This document shows, piece by piece, positions 1 to 13,508 of a stretch of DNA of 64,000 nt. This DNA is from Chrysomallon squamiferum. Its lineage: Eukaryota; Animalia; Mollusca. The notes beneath the pieces are model-generated. The model saw only the letters and a list, made by a program, of their open reading frames with translations. It had not been told where the DNA came from and did no database searches. A program made the translations under genes and the position numbers. Location: the NCBI GenBank assembly GCA_012295275.1, contig CM022672.1:21018001-21082000 (forward strand). Direction: 5' to 3'. Numbering within the stretch: position 1 is the stretch's first letter; each line of letters begins with the position of its first letter.

Positions 1-40
<40 letters not shown>

Positions 41-188
41 GGTAGTACTAGTATCAGTAGTAGTAATAAATAAATAAATAAAATAAAATAAAGATTTCTG
101 ATACTGATCTGACATTGACTTAAGTTATCTTTATATACTGTTTGAATAAAATAAGATCCCTTCGATAATTTATTTATTTATTATATTA

Positions 189-250
<62 letters not shown>

Positions 251-568
251 TGTCCAGTATATTTAACAAAAAGAAAAGGAAGAATAATTATCATCGAATC
301 AGTTAAAAGAAAAGAAAAAAGAATATATATTAGACGGTTACTTTATCGTGTAATTAAAATGATTGAAATGATTAATTTAAATTAGTATCCGTAGCAACAC
401 TATACGATGGGTAAAACAAATGAGCATCGCTATAACAAAAATGAAAGAAAAACAAAAACGAACACACAAGCAAACTTGTTATGAACTTTAATATATTTTC
501 ACAGATGCACATACTACTAAAAACTATGAATTAATGTCTAATTAGAGTTATCCTTCTCTCTGGATCGT

Positions 569-1911
569 TCAAGCAGTGATGCCGAAGTCCTGTGGAGCGC
601 CGTAATAAACATCTTGTCTGGCGGATTCCGGAACGAAAGTGAAGCGGCGAACAACGTGGTAGTAGGGTCTTGTATTGCAGCGGATCTCAATCTGTGGGTA
701 TCCTTGGTAACAGTTACCGCATAGAGTCGCCGTGTATCCGTAACCAGCATTGATATATCCGACGTAGTCGACCGACTTAACCGTTGTTACCGGAACTACC
801 CGAACGAAAGGCAACGCCATAAATTCTGTTTTAGCAGAGGTGTAGGTTCCTCGTTTGTAGAAGTCATGTACAACACAGTTGTAGTCCGGCTGTTGGTAGT
901 ACAGCTGTGTGCGGACGATACTACTTTGACCGCAGTTATTCTCGATGTGGTAACGGCCTGGAGTGAATGACCGAATAAACGACTGGATCCGGGTACTCGC
1001 GTAGGCATAGTTACTGTAAGACTGGGCGTAACCAGCGTATCCGCCTATCCAGGGGAGAAGACGAGACCCTCCGATATAGGGAAAAGGATTGTAGCCGGGG
1101 AAACCAAAATTTGTGTAACCAAAACTTCGCTTCTTCCGGTCAGCTCGAGGTTCCTCTTCTGAAATTAAATCAAATATATCAATTTAGTAATAACTGTATA
1201 TAATGTATAATATATAATGATTTGTACCTAATTACAGTCATAACTGTAGTATAAAAACAACTATTAATAGCGAATTTCTAATCCTGATAAGAAAAATAAT
1301 GATGTTTACATCAGTCATTACTAATACTGGACACGCAGAAAAAAAAGATGAATTTTTTTGTTGCATTTTTAATAGTAATAGTAAAACCAGAAAGAGAAAT
1401 GTAAAATTCTGTTTAGAAATGAATCGTTATCAACAACTTGAAGCAACTGTAGACATGTGCGTCGATAGTTAATTTGCTTCTTCTATATTGAAGTCACTTT
1501 ATATTACACTGAGATGTCTTCTTTACTTAATTGTATTCACCATCAGCTAGAAAGAAAAGTAACTGTGATTGTTGTAGTTTCTAGTAGTTATAATGGTAGT
1601 GGCTCTTATAGGAATGGTTGTAAGGGGAGTAGCATAGTAATAGTAGAACTAATACTATAAGTAATAGTAGAATTATTGGTATTAGTAACTGTAGTAGTAC
1701 TAGTAGTGGTGGTAATGGTAGTGTTAATAATGACAGTGGTAGCAGTAGTAGCAGCAGTAATGGTAGCTTACAGCTCTATTATATCTGTAATAATATAACT
1801 TTCAAGAAGGTAAAAAAAAAAAAAAAATGTTAAACAGAATATTTTTAACACAAACTTATAGAAATAATATTGTGTCAAAGACATTGTTCAGTTTACCATT
1901 AAATCAAAAAG

Positions 1912-1954
<43 letters not shown>

Positions 1955-2354
1955 TGATGATGATGAAAATAATAGTAGTTATAGTAGTAATAGTAAAGAT
2001 AATAGTAATAATAATAATAATAGTAGTAATAATGATGGTAATGGTAGTAGTACTAGTAGCAGTAGTAGTATTAGTAGTAGAAGAAGCAGTATATACGTAG
2101 TATTAATAGTAGTGGTAGAAAATGTTTATATATTTCATCTTACTTTGTTTCTTAACTTCCTCCAAGGGCATTGGATTGTCCATTTCTTCCTCCATATCTT
2201 TAACCAAATCTAGAATGGAATCCATTTTGATGCAGCCATCTGCTTGGTTATTGTCATCACTTTTCACTTCGGCACCGCCGTCGACAGAAAGTACAAGATC
2301 TGAGACGAGAAGCAGACCAAGGGCGACAATCGCTGTCAGACGAAGAAGTTCCAT
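569..2354 (-). CDS. Secreted proprotein A, 266 aa, exons 2354-2144 and 1158-569: signal peptide, acidic propeptide, RKKR furin site, Gly/Tyr-rich segment, Cys-containing domain
   Basis: Exon 1 reads MELLRLTAIVALGLLLVSDLVLS...EEVKKQ, then a GTAAGA donor (phase 1). Acceptor tttcAG at 1160-1159. Exon 2 reads EEPRADRKKR|SFGYTNFGFPGYNPFPYIGG...HDFYKRGTYTSAKTEFMALPFV...LCGNCYQGYPQIEIRC...FGITA*, open throughout and in frame with ORF 569..820. Confidence 0.9.
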
Positions 2355-2400
2355 TGTGATGATGGGACGAACTGACGTTTTGTCAAGACACTGGCGGGGA

Positions 2401-2407
2401 ATTTATA
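2401..2407 (-). promoter_or_regulatory. Candidate TATA box (TATAAAT) of proprotein A gene
   Basis: The minus strand reads gaTATAAATtccc about 47 nt upstream of the ATG. Confidence 0.5.
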
Positions 2408-3286
2408 TCATTTTCTTCTCAGACAGTGTTGTAGGGGCAAACACTGAAAGGTCACCTGTAATTGTCGATCAAACATCGTGTATGCAGGTGTCGGGTACTT
2501 CTATGTCAATGCGAGACATCACTGCCAACAAAGACAATATCTACAGTCGACTCATGTTAAAAGTGGTTCTTCAGTTTACAACAGCCCTTGTTAATAATGA
2601 TGATGATGATAATAATAATAATAATAATGTTAACGATAATACCAAGACAATAATAAGAATATATTCTATTACAAGTATTATTTACGGCAGTTCAGATTAG
2701 TGGAATAACAGCATCTCCCGTCGATTGATTTTTGAGTGACCCAAAACGGAAAAGTAGTTAATAAGAATAATTAGACAATGACATGAAGAAAAAGGTAAGG
2801 ACATTGGTCTATACTGATGTTGCTTGTCGTAACAGTTTGCAACTATTAATTTATACTAGTACGATGATTACAAGCGCATCTAACTATATACAGTAATTGT
2901 TGTTGTTGTTGTTGATGTTGTTATAATTATTAGTTATCTTAAGTAAATAATAACAACAATGGAAATAATTTCCACTGTAGTTATTATATACTTAAGATGA
3001 ATACTATAGTATTATGTGGAGATGTAAATAACATACATTTGTTGAAAGGAAACAAATTTTATTTCATTAATCCTTACATTTGTTTATCTGTATAATATTA
3101 TCTTAATAGTCAAAAGATATACTGATATATAAGCATTCGAATTTACCGTCGAGTAATTTGTAAATTAATTACGATATCATTTTGGCCAGACATAATACTA
3201 ACCGCAATACAAAAAAGATAGAAAGAAAAGGCTTTTATAGGAATGATAATATTGATGATGATGATGTTGATGTTTATTGTGATGAT

Positions 3287-3335
<49 letters not shown>

Positions 3336-3353
3336 GTAACTGGAAAAACAAAT

Positions 3354-3387
<34 letters not shown>

Positions 3388-3937
3388 AAAGTTGTTTAAT
3401 ACTGAAACTTATTTTTGTATCGAACTGTATTCAGCTGAAATTAACTCTATTCAAATTGCGTTAACAGACACATTGCACATTTAATCAATTAATATCCTAA
3501 AGAGGTAAAAACAAGCAAAGAACGAGTGAATCCACTGTTAGAACATTCGTTTCCTTGTCGAAATAATCTTAGTTAAGTACGACGGCGCACAGACCGCTGC
3601 CAATTACCCCGGACCTGCTCCCACTGCCAATATTTGAAAGGTGGGCGACGGGCGACCCCGACTATTTAACTGAACAAAAAAACGGCCACAGCCAAATAAG
3701 CACGGTGTTGAATTATTCAATTACTTAATTAGATTCAGAAAGGTTAATTTCTTCTAACGTCGTTTCCTTTAACATAAATAGTATCTACATTCTGGGGGAA
3801 AAATAATAAAAAAAAAAAAAAAAAAAAAAAAGGAAAAAGAAGAAGAAATAAATAATATATGTATATTATTATTCTGTTATCTCCTTCTTTTATTTTATTT
3901 TATAATTTTTTTTAAAGATATATTTATATAACAAGAA

Positions 3938-3985
<48 letters not shown>

Positions 3986-4565
3986 TAGATAGATAGAGAT
4001 ATTCAGACACACATATACATTTTAGCATAATTTTTTCTTTCTACTAATTAGCATGCACTAGCAATGGGTTCACATCATTAAACAGTAAGCATGATTTAAG
4101 AGACTCCATATTACGCACATAGTATTAATACAGTAATCCAGCTTAAAATGTCATACAATACGGAAAATAGTACATAAAAAAACATACATCAAATACTCAG
4201 ACAAAATGCACGAGATAATTTGTTAAATTAAAATATCACGAGTTTGTTGTTTAATCCTCCTTAGTTATAAAATCAGAGAGTTTAGTTTATTATGTGCCTT
4301 ATTTGTTAGGGTTGTTTACATATAAAATAATGACTTTAGTATTATCATATTTCCTTTCGTTTTATTTGTCTCAAGTGTATCTGTCGTTTTATCAGTACAT
4401 AGGTACATACTCTTTATATCGAATTATCTTTGTTTTCTTCTTTCTTCTTAGTATTTCCATCCTTTCATTCCTTTATGAATGAATTTAAACAAAAACATTT
4501 AAAGTTTCAAGAACCTGACATACTAAAGCAATATATAATTAAAATATTTTATTTTCTCTTCTACC

Positions 4566-4610
<45 letters not shown>

Positions 4611-5913
4611 TAATAATAATGATGATGATGATGATGATGATAATAATGTTGACAATGATAATTTTTAAGATCTTTCGCCATAGATCTTTATTTCCAGCAA
4701 AAATGCTGTTTAAGTTTACGTTGGTAGTAACTTGGTGACAGAGCACATGAGTTTTATTGACAACCTTCTCAGTAAAACTGCTTAACGAGACCGAAGAGAA
4801 TAATATCCACCTTGTTCAAAATCGTAATTTAATGAGGTGCATTGCGTAATCGAGGGTAAACACATGACTTGAATTGTTAAATGTTTCCTTAAAACATGTC
4901 GAGTAGAAAGCATGTAAAGTAAATTTACTCAGTGTTTTTGAAGAGTTTAATTCACACGCAAGTAATTACGTAAAGTGTTAAAGGAAATGAAACAAAGTGT
5001 GCGCGCGCGCGCTCGTGTGTGTAAGTAAAATTTAATAACGCAGCTAAATGCATATTTACTGTAGAACATAGAAAACATTGATAATAACTGACAAGAAATA
5101 GTATACAATATTATTGTTGTTGTTATTATTGCCATTGTTGTTATTATTATTAGTATTATTGTTATTATTACTGCTACTTCTGGTTTGTGAGTGTAGTTAA
5201 AAAGAGACAGTTTTATCTTCGACAATAGTTATTAATAACTAGTAGTTAATTTAAACAGCGATACAAATTAATTCCTATCAATTCCTTAATAAAATATCAC
5301 TTCGCTTCAGAGAACAAAATCAATCATTATCTCTGCTCTGTTCTCAAGAAAAACTTAGTAAAACAGATTTGTCTAATTCTGTTATTTATTATTATTATTT
5401 AACAACATACACCAATAATATTACAGTTTTAATTTTGACAAACCTGGTAAGTTATATAGTTTATTTCTAGATATGATTAATTATTTTGCTGTGACTGCTG
5501 TTGTTGTCGTCGTCGTCGTCCTATAATCAGAATAGGTCAAAATAAAGTTAGTTTAACACATTTTTTTCTTAATTTTTAAATTATTTTTCCAGTCTTTAAT
5601 TATTACGAATTTAATAATTCGTATTGACATTTTCTCTTTGCAACTTGCACCAAATCCAGTTTATGCCCTAAATAAGTTTTAAAATGTATGTAACAGCTTT
5701 GGTTCTTTATAATTAAGTTTTTACTTCATTTTTTGTAAAATGCACACGACAGTCGGTTGAGATTAAGATAAACATTTTATAACAAGAAAAGAAATGTCAT
5801 TATAGAGTGAAACAAAATGAAAACAGGTAAATGTTTAGCAACATTTCAAGACGTTTTAATATTAAAGACATTATTGATAAATGGGTAAGGATCGTGCTGC
5901 CATCAAAGGTCTT

Positions 5914-6272
5914 CTGAAAAGAAAAAATAATAATTTATATGCATTTGTCCTTAGAAAAAATATACACCGTGGTGTTTGATAAACCATTCGTTCTGATACT
6001 TTCAACCCATTAATCTTATGTCAGCACTCAAACTACAAAAAGGTTACATAAATAATAAGAAGGAAAAAAAAATGACAACAAAATTAAAAAAAAAAAAAAA
6101 AAATGAAATGATGAAAGACAACAATGAATTTTAAACATTATTTTTATTTCACTGAAAGTTTTTTCCATCAAAACTGATCCATTTTTACAAATAAGACAAA
6201 CTATCATTAACGTCTATTATATTTGACAGTTAAATATATATAAATACAGAATAAAATGGCTTTAGGAATCAC
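5914..6272 (-). other. Candidate 3'UTR intron of proprotein B
   Basis: Donor AG|GTGATT lies 27 nt after the stop. A strong acceptor ttttcttttcAG lies at 5915-5914. Confidence 0.4.
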
Positions 6273-6299
6273 CTACACAAAGCAGATTTTATTTAATCT

Positions 6300-7372
6300 T
6301 TATGCCAGGTAAACGTAGTATCTGGAAACACGCCTGCCTGGGAATAGATCTGACGAGAGGTAACTGGTGATACAAGGATTATAGTTTTGACAACAACTGT
6401 TGCAGAGTTCGAACGTGTAACTTGGAAACGACCTTGAAACTGCTTGATAGACTATCGGCTGGATAACAGAAGTCTCCGCAGTCTGAACAATGTTAGCTTG
6501 TGCCTGCGAGACTAGTTTCCGGTTGATGAGCGGAAGTGCCATGAAGTCATTGTACGCATTCTCGTAGGTGCCAGTTTTGTAGTAATATCTCGAGACAGCC
6601 CCTTCGGTGGTTCGTACAATTTGCGCAGGCGCGCTGAAGGAGGTGAAAAAACGCTGAGAGGGGAGATTAAAAGCTGACGTTCTAATCAGGCCTGGATAGA
6701 GGGTGAAGTCTGGAAGGGGCAGATACAACCATGGGTTATATCCAACTGATCCGACGTTCGGGAGAAACGTTGACCTCTTCGTACGGCTTGTCTCGCCTGC
6801 ATCTGTAAAACAAAAGTGTGACAGTAAAATTACTCACGAAATTAAATTAAAACATAAAATTCGTTTGTATAAATGGGAATAATGGAAATACAAAAAGGGG
6901 AATGGATGGTGAAAAGTACAAATGTGAATGTCAATGCACGTGGAGGTGCAGAGCCATTATTTAAGGGAAGGTAAAGTACATCACAATTGTTGTGCATAAA
7001 CATTCCGAATGTGATGTTTAGATTTTAATATGGATGTAAAACAAATTAGAGCAGCAACAACTATAAGTTTAAACATTTTCCACTTTTGCTGAATTTGTTC
7101 CACATAAAATCTTAAATATAGTAATTTTGAAGTTACAAAACCTTATACTGTTAATAATAATTACATACGAAATGTAAAACAACTGACGATTTGCTATGAA
7201 AAGAAAAGATATACTAACCACAGTCAGCGATGCCCATGTTTGCTTGGAAGGCCGCTTCATCCAAAGCTTCTTTTGCCGTCTCCGTAGACTCGCTCTTCTT
7301 CCGATCTTCACTTACTGCCAGACAAACTGACAGCAGAAGCACACTCGCCAGGCAGATATGTCTGATCGCCAT
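6300..7372 (-). CDS. Secreted proprotein B, 218 aa, exons 7372-7219 and 6802-6300; paralogue of proprotein A
   Basis: Exon 1 reads MAIRHICLASVLLLSVCLAVSEDRKK...GIADC, then a GTTAGT donor (phase 1). Acceptor ttttacAG at 6804-6803. Exon 2 reads DAGETSRTKR|STFLPNVGSVGYNPWLYLP...YYYKTGTYENAYNDFMALPLI...YTFELCNSCCQNYNPC...VYLA*. It has the same exon layout and shared motifs as gene A. Confidence 0.9.
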
Positions 7373-8264
7373 GTTGAATGGAACAGCAATGATGATGAAT
7401 CTTTCTGTACGCGGTTCATATATCACCGTAAGACCGTTTCAAACTTAACCAATTAAACATGCGTGGGCAACTTACAAGCAGACAAATAACGGACGAAAAT
7501 CGTGGAAAAAAAAAAAAAAAAGAAAGAAAAGAAAAAGAAAAAACCCACTATTTTCTTTGTAACTTTCTTAACTGTCTACTTTTTTTTTTTTTTTTTTTTC
7601 TTACATTTAGAAAAAAGGGGGGGGGGGGAAGAAAAAAAGAAAGAAAAAACTGAAAATATACCAAGAGAACATCTTTCTGAAAGTAATTTAAAGTTAAACA
7701 CATTTAACATTTAACCAGTGGTGTATTTCAAACATAAAAAATAAACATGTGGTTATGTTAATTGACCATCAAATTTTGGTTAATGTGGCCACAATAAAAC
7801 AAAGTAACACGTGACGTTTATCAAGAGGGATGACACTAGGTCACCCATACACGGTTGGATGAAAGTAATTGTGAACAAACATATTAAAACGGCGCGAACT
7901 GCCGCTAGAGAAAACACCTTTCATCAGATTTAATGGCGAATACATTTGAAATAGTTACTTGACAAATGTTCGCGATGTCGCTAAACATGGATTCATGTTT
8001 ACATAACACGATCGGTTTGGTGAAAATAAATATATTGTTACATGCTTAATTAAGTTCAGAATTTTAATCCTGTTTCGTCTATTAACCGTAATTATAATTA
8101 TAAAATGGTATCAGAGATTTGAAACGGTAATATTTGTTTATTAGAATGTAAATCATGGCGAAATTATGCCAAAATTCACATACTATTACTGACTATTATA
8201 AACAAATTTCTTTAACTTTTACATTCTGGATATGTAATATGTTTTGAACATACACAAACATACA

Positions 8265-8271
8265 GAGAGAC

Positions 8272-8344
<73 letters not shown>
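8265..8344. repeat. (AG)n microsatellite; similar tracts at ~11168-11230, 37057-37137, 39045-39124, 44462-44551, 47833-47937, 53527-53609, 63033-63085
   Basis: Directly visible perfect dinucleotide runs. Confidence 0.95.
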
Positions 8345-8346
<2 letters not shown>

Positions 8347-8451
8347 AAAATAATCTATTCATGGTTAACCAAGTCGTAATTGACTGTTCATGAACATATT
8401 GTAAAAACATACAATAAAAAATAAAACATAATTGACATTATCACATCAAAT

Positions 8452-8457
8452 TTTATT
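8452..8457 (-). terminator. Candidate polyadenylation signal (AATAAA) ending a long 3'UTR of the 97-aa gene
   Basis: Minus-strand AATAAA is followed by a T/GT-rich tract and coincides with the edge of the CpG-poor block (~8.4-15 kb). Confidence 0.35.
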
Positions 8458-10450
8458 GCAGTAACAGTAACAAAACAGACACAAGAGCAGACGAAAGACA
8501 TAAATGCACTGGGTAGACTTGTGTCTATTTACAGTAAAACAAACAAAAACAGCTCTTAATATATCATATTATTAATTTTTATTACGCCAGGCACACAGTT
8601 CTTACTAAAAGTTATTGTTTTGTAAACAATTAATTATTTAATCTCTGTCCCCAGATTTCTGTATTCTCTTAAAAAGTATACTGGCAGTTACATTATCACT
8701 TAAATGCTTAAAATTAATCCTAATGGCTAACAAAATCAATTTCAACTTGATTGTTAACAAACTGTTTGTATAACTAACTGCCACATATATACGAACAAAT
8801 ATTTTAATTTCACTGGAATGAGTTAACTGAAATTACCTTTTTTTTAAAACTACAAATAATTCTATTTTTATTACATCGTTGACATTTAAAAAACTATGTA
8901 AACCAGTGCAAAAGAAAAACACTTGTTTTTTTTAAAATCTAACTTGTATTTTGCTCACATTAAGTCAAAATTAATAAAATTCACTGGATTATAGTACTGT
9001 CAGAGTTAACAAACATGAATTTGCAAAACTGTCAAAACTGAATTCATTGTGTTAAATTCAAAAGGCAAGTAATTTAATTCTAATTCATAGAAAATTTGGA
9101 AACAGTCATTTTATCAAAGAAAATAAATACTGCTCTTCTAGTTTAGTTTGTATGTTAGATTAAATTAAATAATATTCAGTTTTAATTCATATGCAAGCAC
9201 AAGTATAATTCATGAAACATTTAAATTTACTCATTTGTCAAGTTACTTCCCATCCAGATTTTACTTATACATTCACATTACATTTGTGGAAACAACAAAC
9301 ATCAACATAATTTGTAACCAACAGAGAAAACTATGGGTATAAATTTATCTTTGTCTGAATACTGATTTCTGTGGCAACCTTTAACTCATAAATATTACTA
9401 TACAAAAACACTTAGCCCTATCTGTAATCAATAATGCTTAATTCAGGAAACAATGGTTCTTATTATTTATAATATTTTTAATACATTTTTCTCTCATTAT
9501 TTTTTCTTTAAATCGCATCAACTATAATGAGAAAATGTATCTTACACAGAACAAATTTTCTGGCTCCCAGTTATTGAACAGTAACTGGGTTAATATTGTA
9601 TTATGAAATCATTACATGAACAATTGATAATAAATAACACACACCTCACAAATCAACAAATAAACAACAACAGTGTCAGTACACCTTATCAGAAGTGTAG
9701 TGATATATTTAGATCCAATCAGAGACTACTATTATCAGTGAACAGGAGTAAAATACTTGTCAAAACAAACACTATTGTTGTAACAGTTATACATGCAACA
9801 GAACAAATATCTTCACAACATGCTGTTGTATTATTACAACTTTCTTCAGCAAATTTTGTTAAATATATTATTAAAAATGCATATGAAAATTAGTTGTTAA
9901 TGGCGCCATTTACCATACTTATATAACTGTCTTTACTAGTGAAGAGTTATCTCCACTTGAATTAACTAAAATTTTATGTTTAATAATACTGAAGTTTATA
10001 GTAAACTTTTGTATTTATATGAAAGAAATGCTGTTCTGTCCAGATGAAAATATTTTTTGTGCTTACATTGTTTCTCTAAAATGGGTAAATACACCTATGA
10101 ACTTGATGTACAGCAAAAAACAAAAACATTTCATAATAAAAATGACAACTCCTGGTCATTCAATAAAGCTGAATGTAAAAATGTATGTATGTATATGAAA
10201 TATGTTTACAATACAATTATTATACATCAGCCAAAAAACAAAAAAACAACACACAATCCAGTCAGAACCTAAATGCACAGTGTTAAGAAAACAGAATGCA
10301 AAGAAATATGTGGTAAATTACAAGTTATTTCAATACCAATCTGTCCTTACAAACAAACAATGTGGATTTTTATTTATCATTACTTATAACTTTAGATGAT
10401 GATAAACGTAAGCTGATATACCATAAGAGTTACTAAGAATTCTAAACCTG

Positions 10451-10519
<69 letters not shown>

Positions 10520-11163
10520 TATTTAAATAAAGAGAAAAGTAACAAAGAAAAATCACAAAAGACTAATCCATAAAATAATTTATCAAGCAGCAGTTGTATC
10601 TGATTTGAAAACATAACAAATATCACAGTTTTTTCTTAATTTTTGAAATTAATATTGTATTTCTTTTCATTCTTTTTAATTCATTGACTCTTTTGTATTT
10701 TTGAAAACAACACAGTCCTCAACAGTCTTTTCTGCATAATTAAAAGCACAAGTAAAATCAACATTATGAATTTCAGCTTTGCATAGGCATATTTTACATT
10801 AAAGTGACATGACAAAATTACTTGTGCGTTTATTTGTACTTTTTCTGAAATCAGTTTGTTTATTTATATTTTTTGAAGACTTTTAATGCATTTTTACATA
10901 CATTCAAATTCAGTGTAACATTTATCCAAAAAAATTAGAGTTCTTCTTAAAAATTATTCTTTCCATTTAAATCCAAATGTATTTTGATTTGTTTAATGTA
11001 GCACCTACTTTTTCAGTTATTACAACTAATAATCATTTGTACAGTTTCATAGACTCAGTCTGAACACTTATTCTACCAGTCAGCATTTGAAAATGCATAA
11101 AAAAAATGATAAACACCTAATATGAATTAAAACACTACTTAGTATCTCTCAAGTGTATGTGTT

Positions 11164-11239
<76 letters not shown>

Positions 11240-12393
11240 TAGACACAATTTTATTTATGATTTCATTGTGTCAGTACCCCATTCTTTCTATTTCTTTCTT
11301 TTTATATAGTTCCATTAGTTTTCCTCTTTACAATCATTCATTCTCTATCTGTATAAAAATACATTGTTGTCACTGGCCTTTTCAGCTTCCAAAAGTGGAA
11401 GCATATTACTTATGATTCTCAGAAACTAAATTAAATTGAGTATCATAATAAGCTGAATACAAAGACCAAACATCTAAGTATCGTAATATATACTGCAGCA
11501 AAGTGCAGTTTTATCAAACCAGTTTACATGCTACATTATTTGTTACATCTGTAATTTAATCATCTTAGGATGTATATGCAAAGCTCCAAAACTGCTCAAT
11601 AAAAAATAAAAATAAATAAAATAAAAATGTATTGCAATGATATTCAACTTAAGTACTTTTTTACTGTTGTATTCATAAAGTTCACCAAGCAAATAACATT
11701 ATAAAATAAAATTGTTTTAAAAAAGTACATGTTAAGTTTATAATGTTAACAAAAATCAAAGAGAGTTACCGTAACACACTTCTTCTTTTCTTTATCGAAT
11801 GTATACAAACATACAAATGCAAAGTATACTTAATGATCAGTTAAACACAAAAGAAAAATTTATGAAACATATCTGGATAATTATGGAATTTCCACATATT
11901 AAATATTTTTGTAATACTTCTAAGGCTCCTGGGTCCTGAATGTCTTGGTATTACAAATTCAATGAACAACAAAATGCTCTGTCCAGCAGCAGAACATACA
12001 CATTCTGAATTTTATATCTATAGCACTAATGATGCTTCAATGGCAAAAATATTAACATGTTCAGAAAATGTAATATTTCAGAATAAAAATACATGGTAAA
12101 AATAACACAGGGTTTAGCAACAGTTATTAATTATGCAGTTTTAGATAACTGTTACTGTACAAAGAAAAAATATCTCAGATTTTTTTATTTTTCTGTAAGC
12201 TTTGTTGGGATATTATTATTCATTTATATCTTTGTTTTTTAATATGTTGTAATAAAAAATATATATTAAAAAATATAAAAATGTACAATTTTGTTTCATA
12301 GTCAGTTTCATTTAACATATTAAAATATTCTGTATATAAGAAAACTGTCTGTCTGAGAGTGTACACATATATACACAAATGCACTCACTCACA

Positions 12394-12464
<71 letters not shown>

Positions 12465-13476
12465 TATGTATTAAATTTCTTTACTTTTTATCCAAACATG
12501 CCATTATCTTCAGAGTTTAAAAGAGATATAACATCTAATTTATAATTATAAACATTTTACGAATAATATTTCAGCCAACTCATATAGAAAATGTGTACAG
12601 GTATAAGAAATAAAATATTTAAAATACATTTTTACTAACTTCAAAGTTGAATCTAAATATAAGACATTACAGCTTTTAATAGAATTTTTGTTCTTTGTTT
12701 CTTATATAAATCAATAACTTGTAAATTGCAGTTTTGCTGACATACTGATATAAAATACTCATTAAGTCATAAAAAAGCATTCACAAAATGAATCCAAAGA
12801 TTTAATTTTGAAATAGGTATATATGTCATTTAAACATTATTTTGTGCTGTCATTCTAAGCTGATTAGAGCAAAAAAAAAAAGAAAAAAAAAAGAAAGAAA
12901 ATTAGTAATAATAATAAATAAATAAATAAAAAAGAAAGAAAAAAAAAAAAAAAAAATGTGTTACCAAATGTGGTTTAGATGAAAATATGCCATCAGAATA
13001 ACAAGTGAAATGATATCAGATTTCAGCACCAGATAAACAGAACATCATTCTGTCCTCAAAAACAACATCAAGTCTATACTAAATATCACTTAATTAATAC
13101 CTAAAATTTGGAAAACACTAAAGTTACTTATTCACAGGCTCAATTAATTATTATATTGCTTTGGATTCACACAGCTCAAGTGCATACAGACAACAGTAAA
13201 TGGAATAATTTTTTTTATTATTAGTTTAAATTAAAGGATAGAATAAAATGGTTGTAACTGATATTTTGTAACCAACAGTTTGTGTATTAAATGTCATATT
13301 AGAAGATTTACTGCTTACATTAGGTATAGTGTGATACACATGTATAAATGGCTGCTATCATCAGCTACTGATCTAATCCTGCAAAGAGTATTCATCTCAG
13401 TGGAAAAAAATTAATATTCAGATTAAAATTACAGTAAGTTCAAAAAAGAAAAGAAAAAAAGAAAGAAATATATATA

Positions 13477-13508
<32 letters not shown>

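Noticed and set aside
1827-2700. Plus-strand ORFs of 128 aa and 192 aa
   Set aside because: They arise from microsatellite-derived poly-N/S and from the antisense of proprotein A exon 1.
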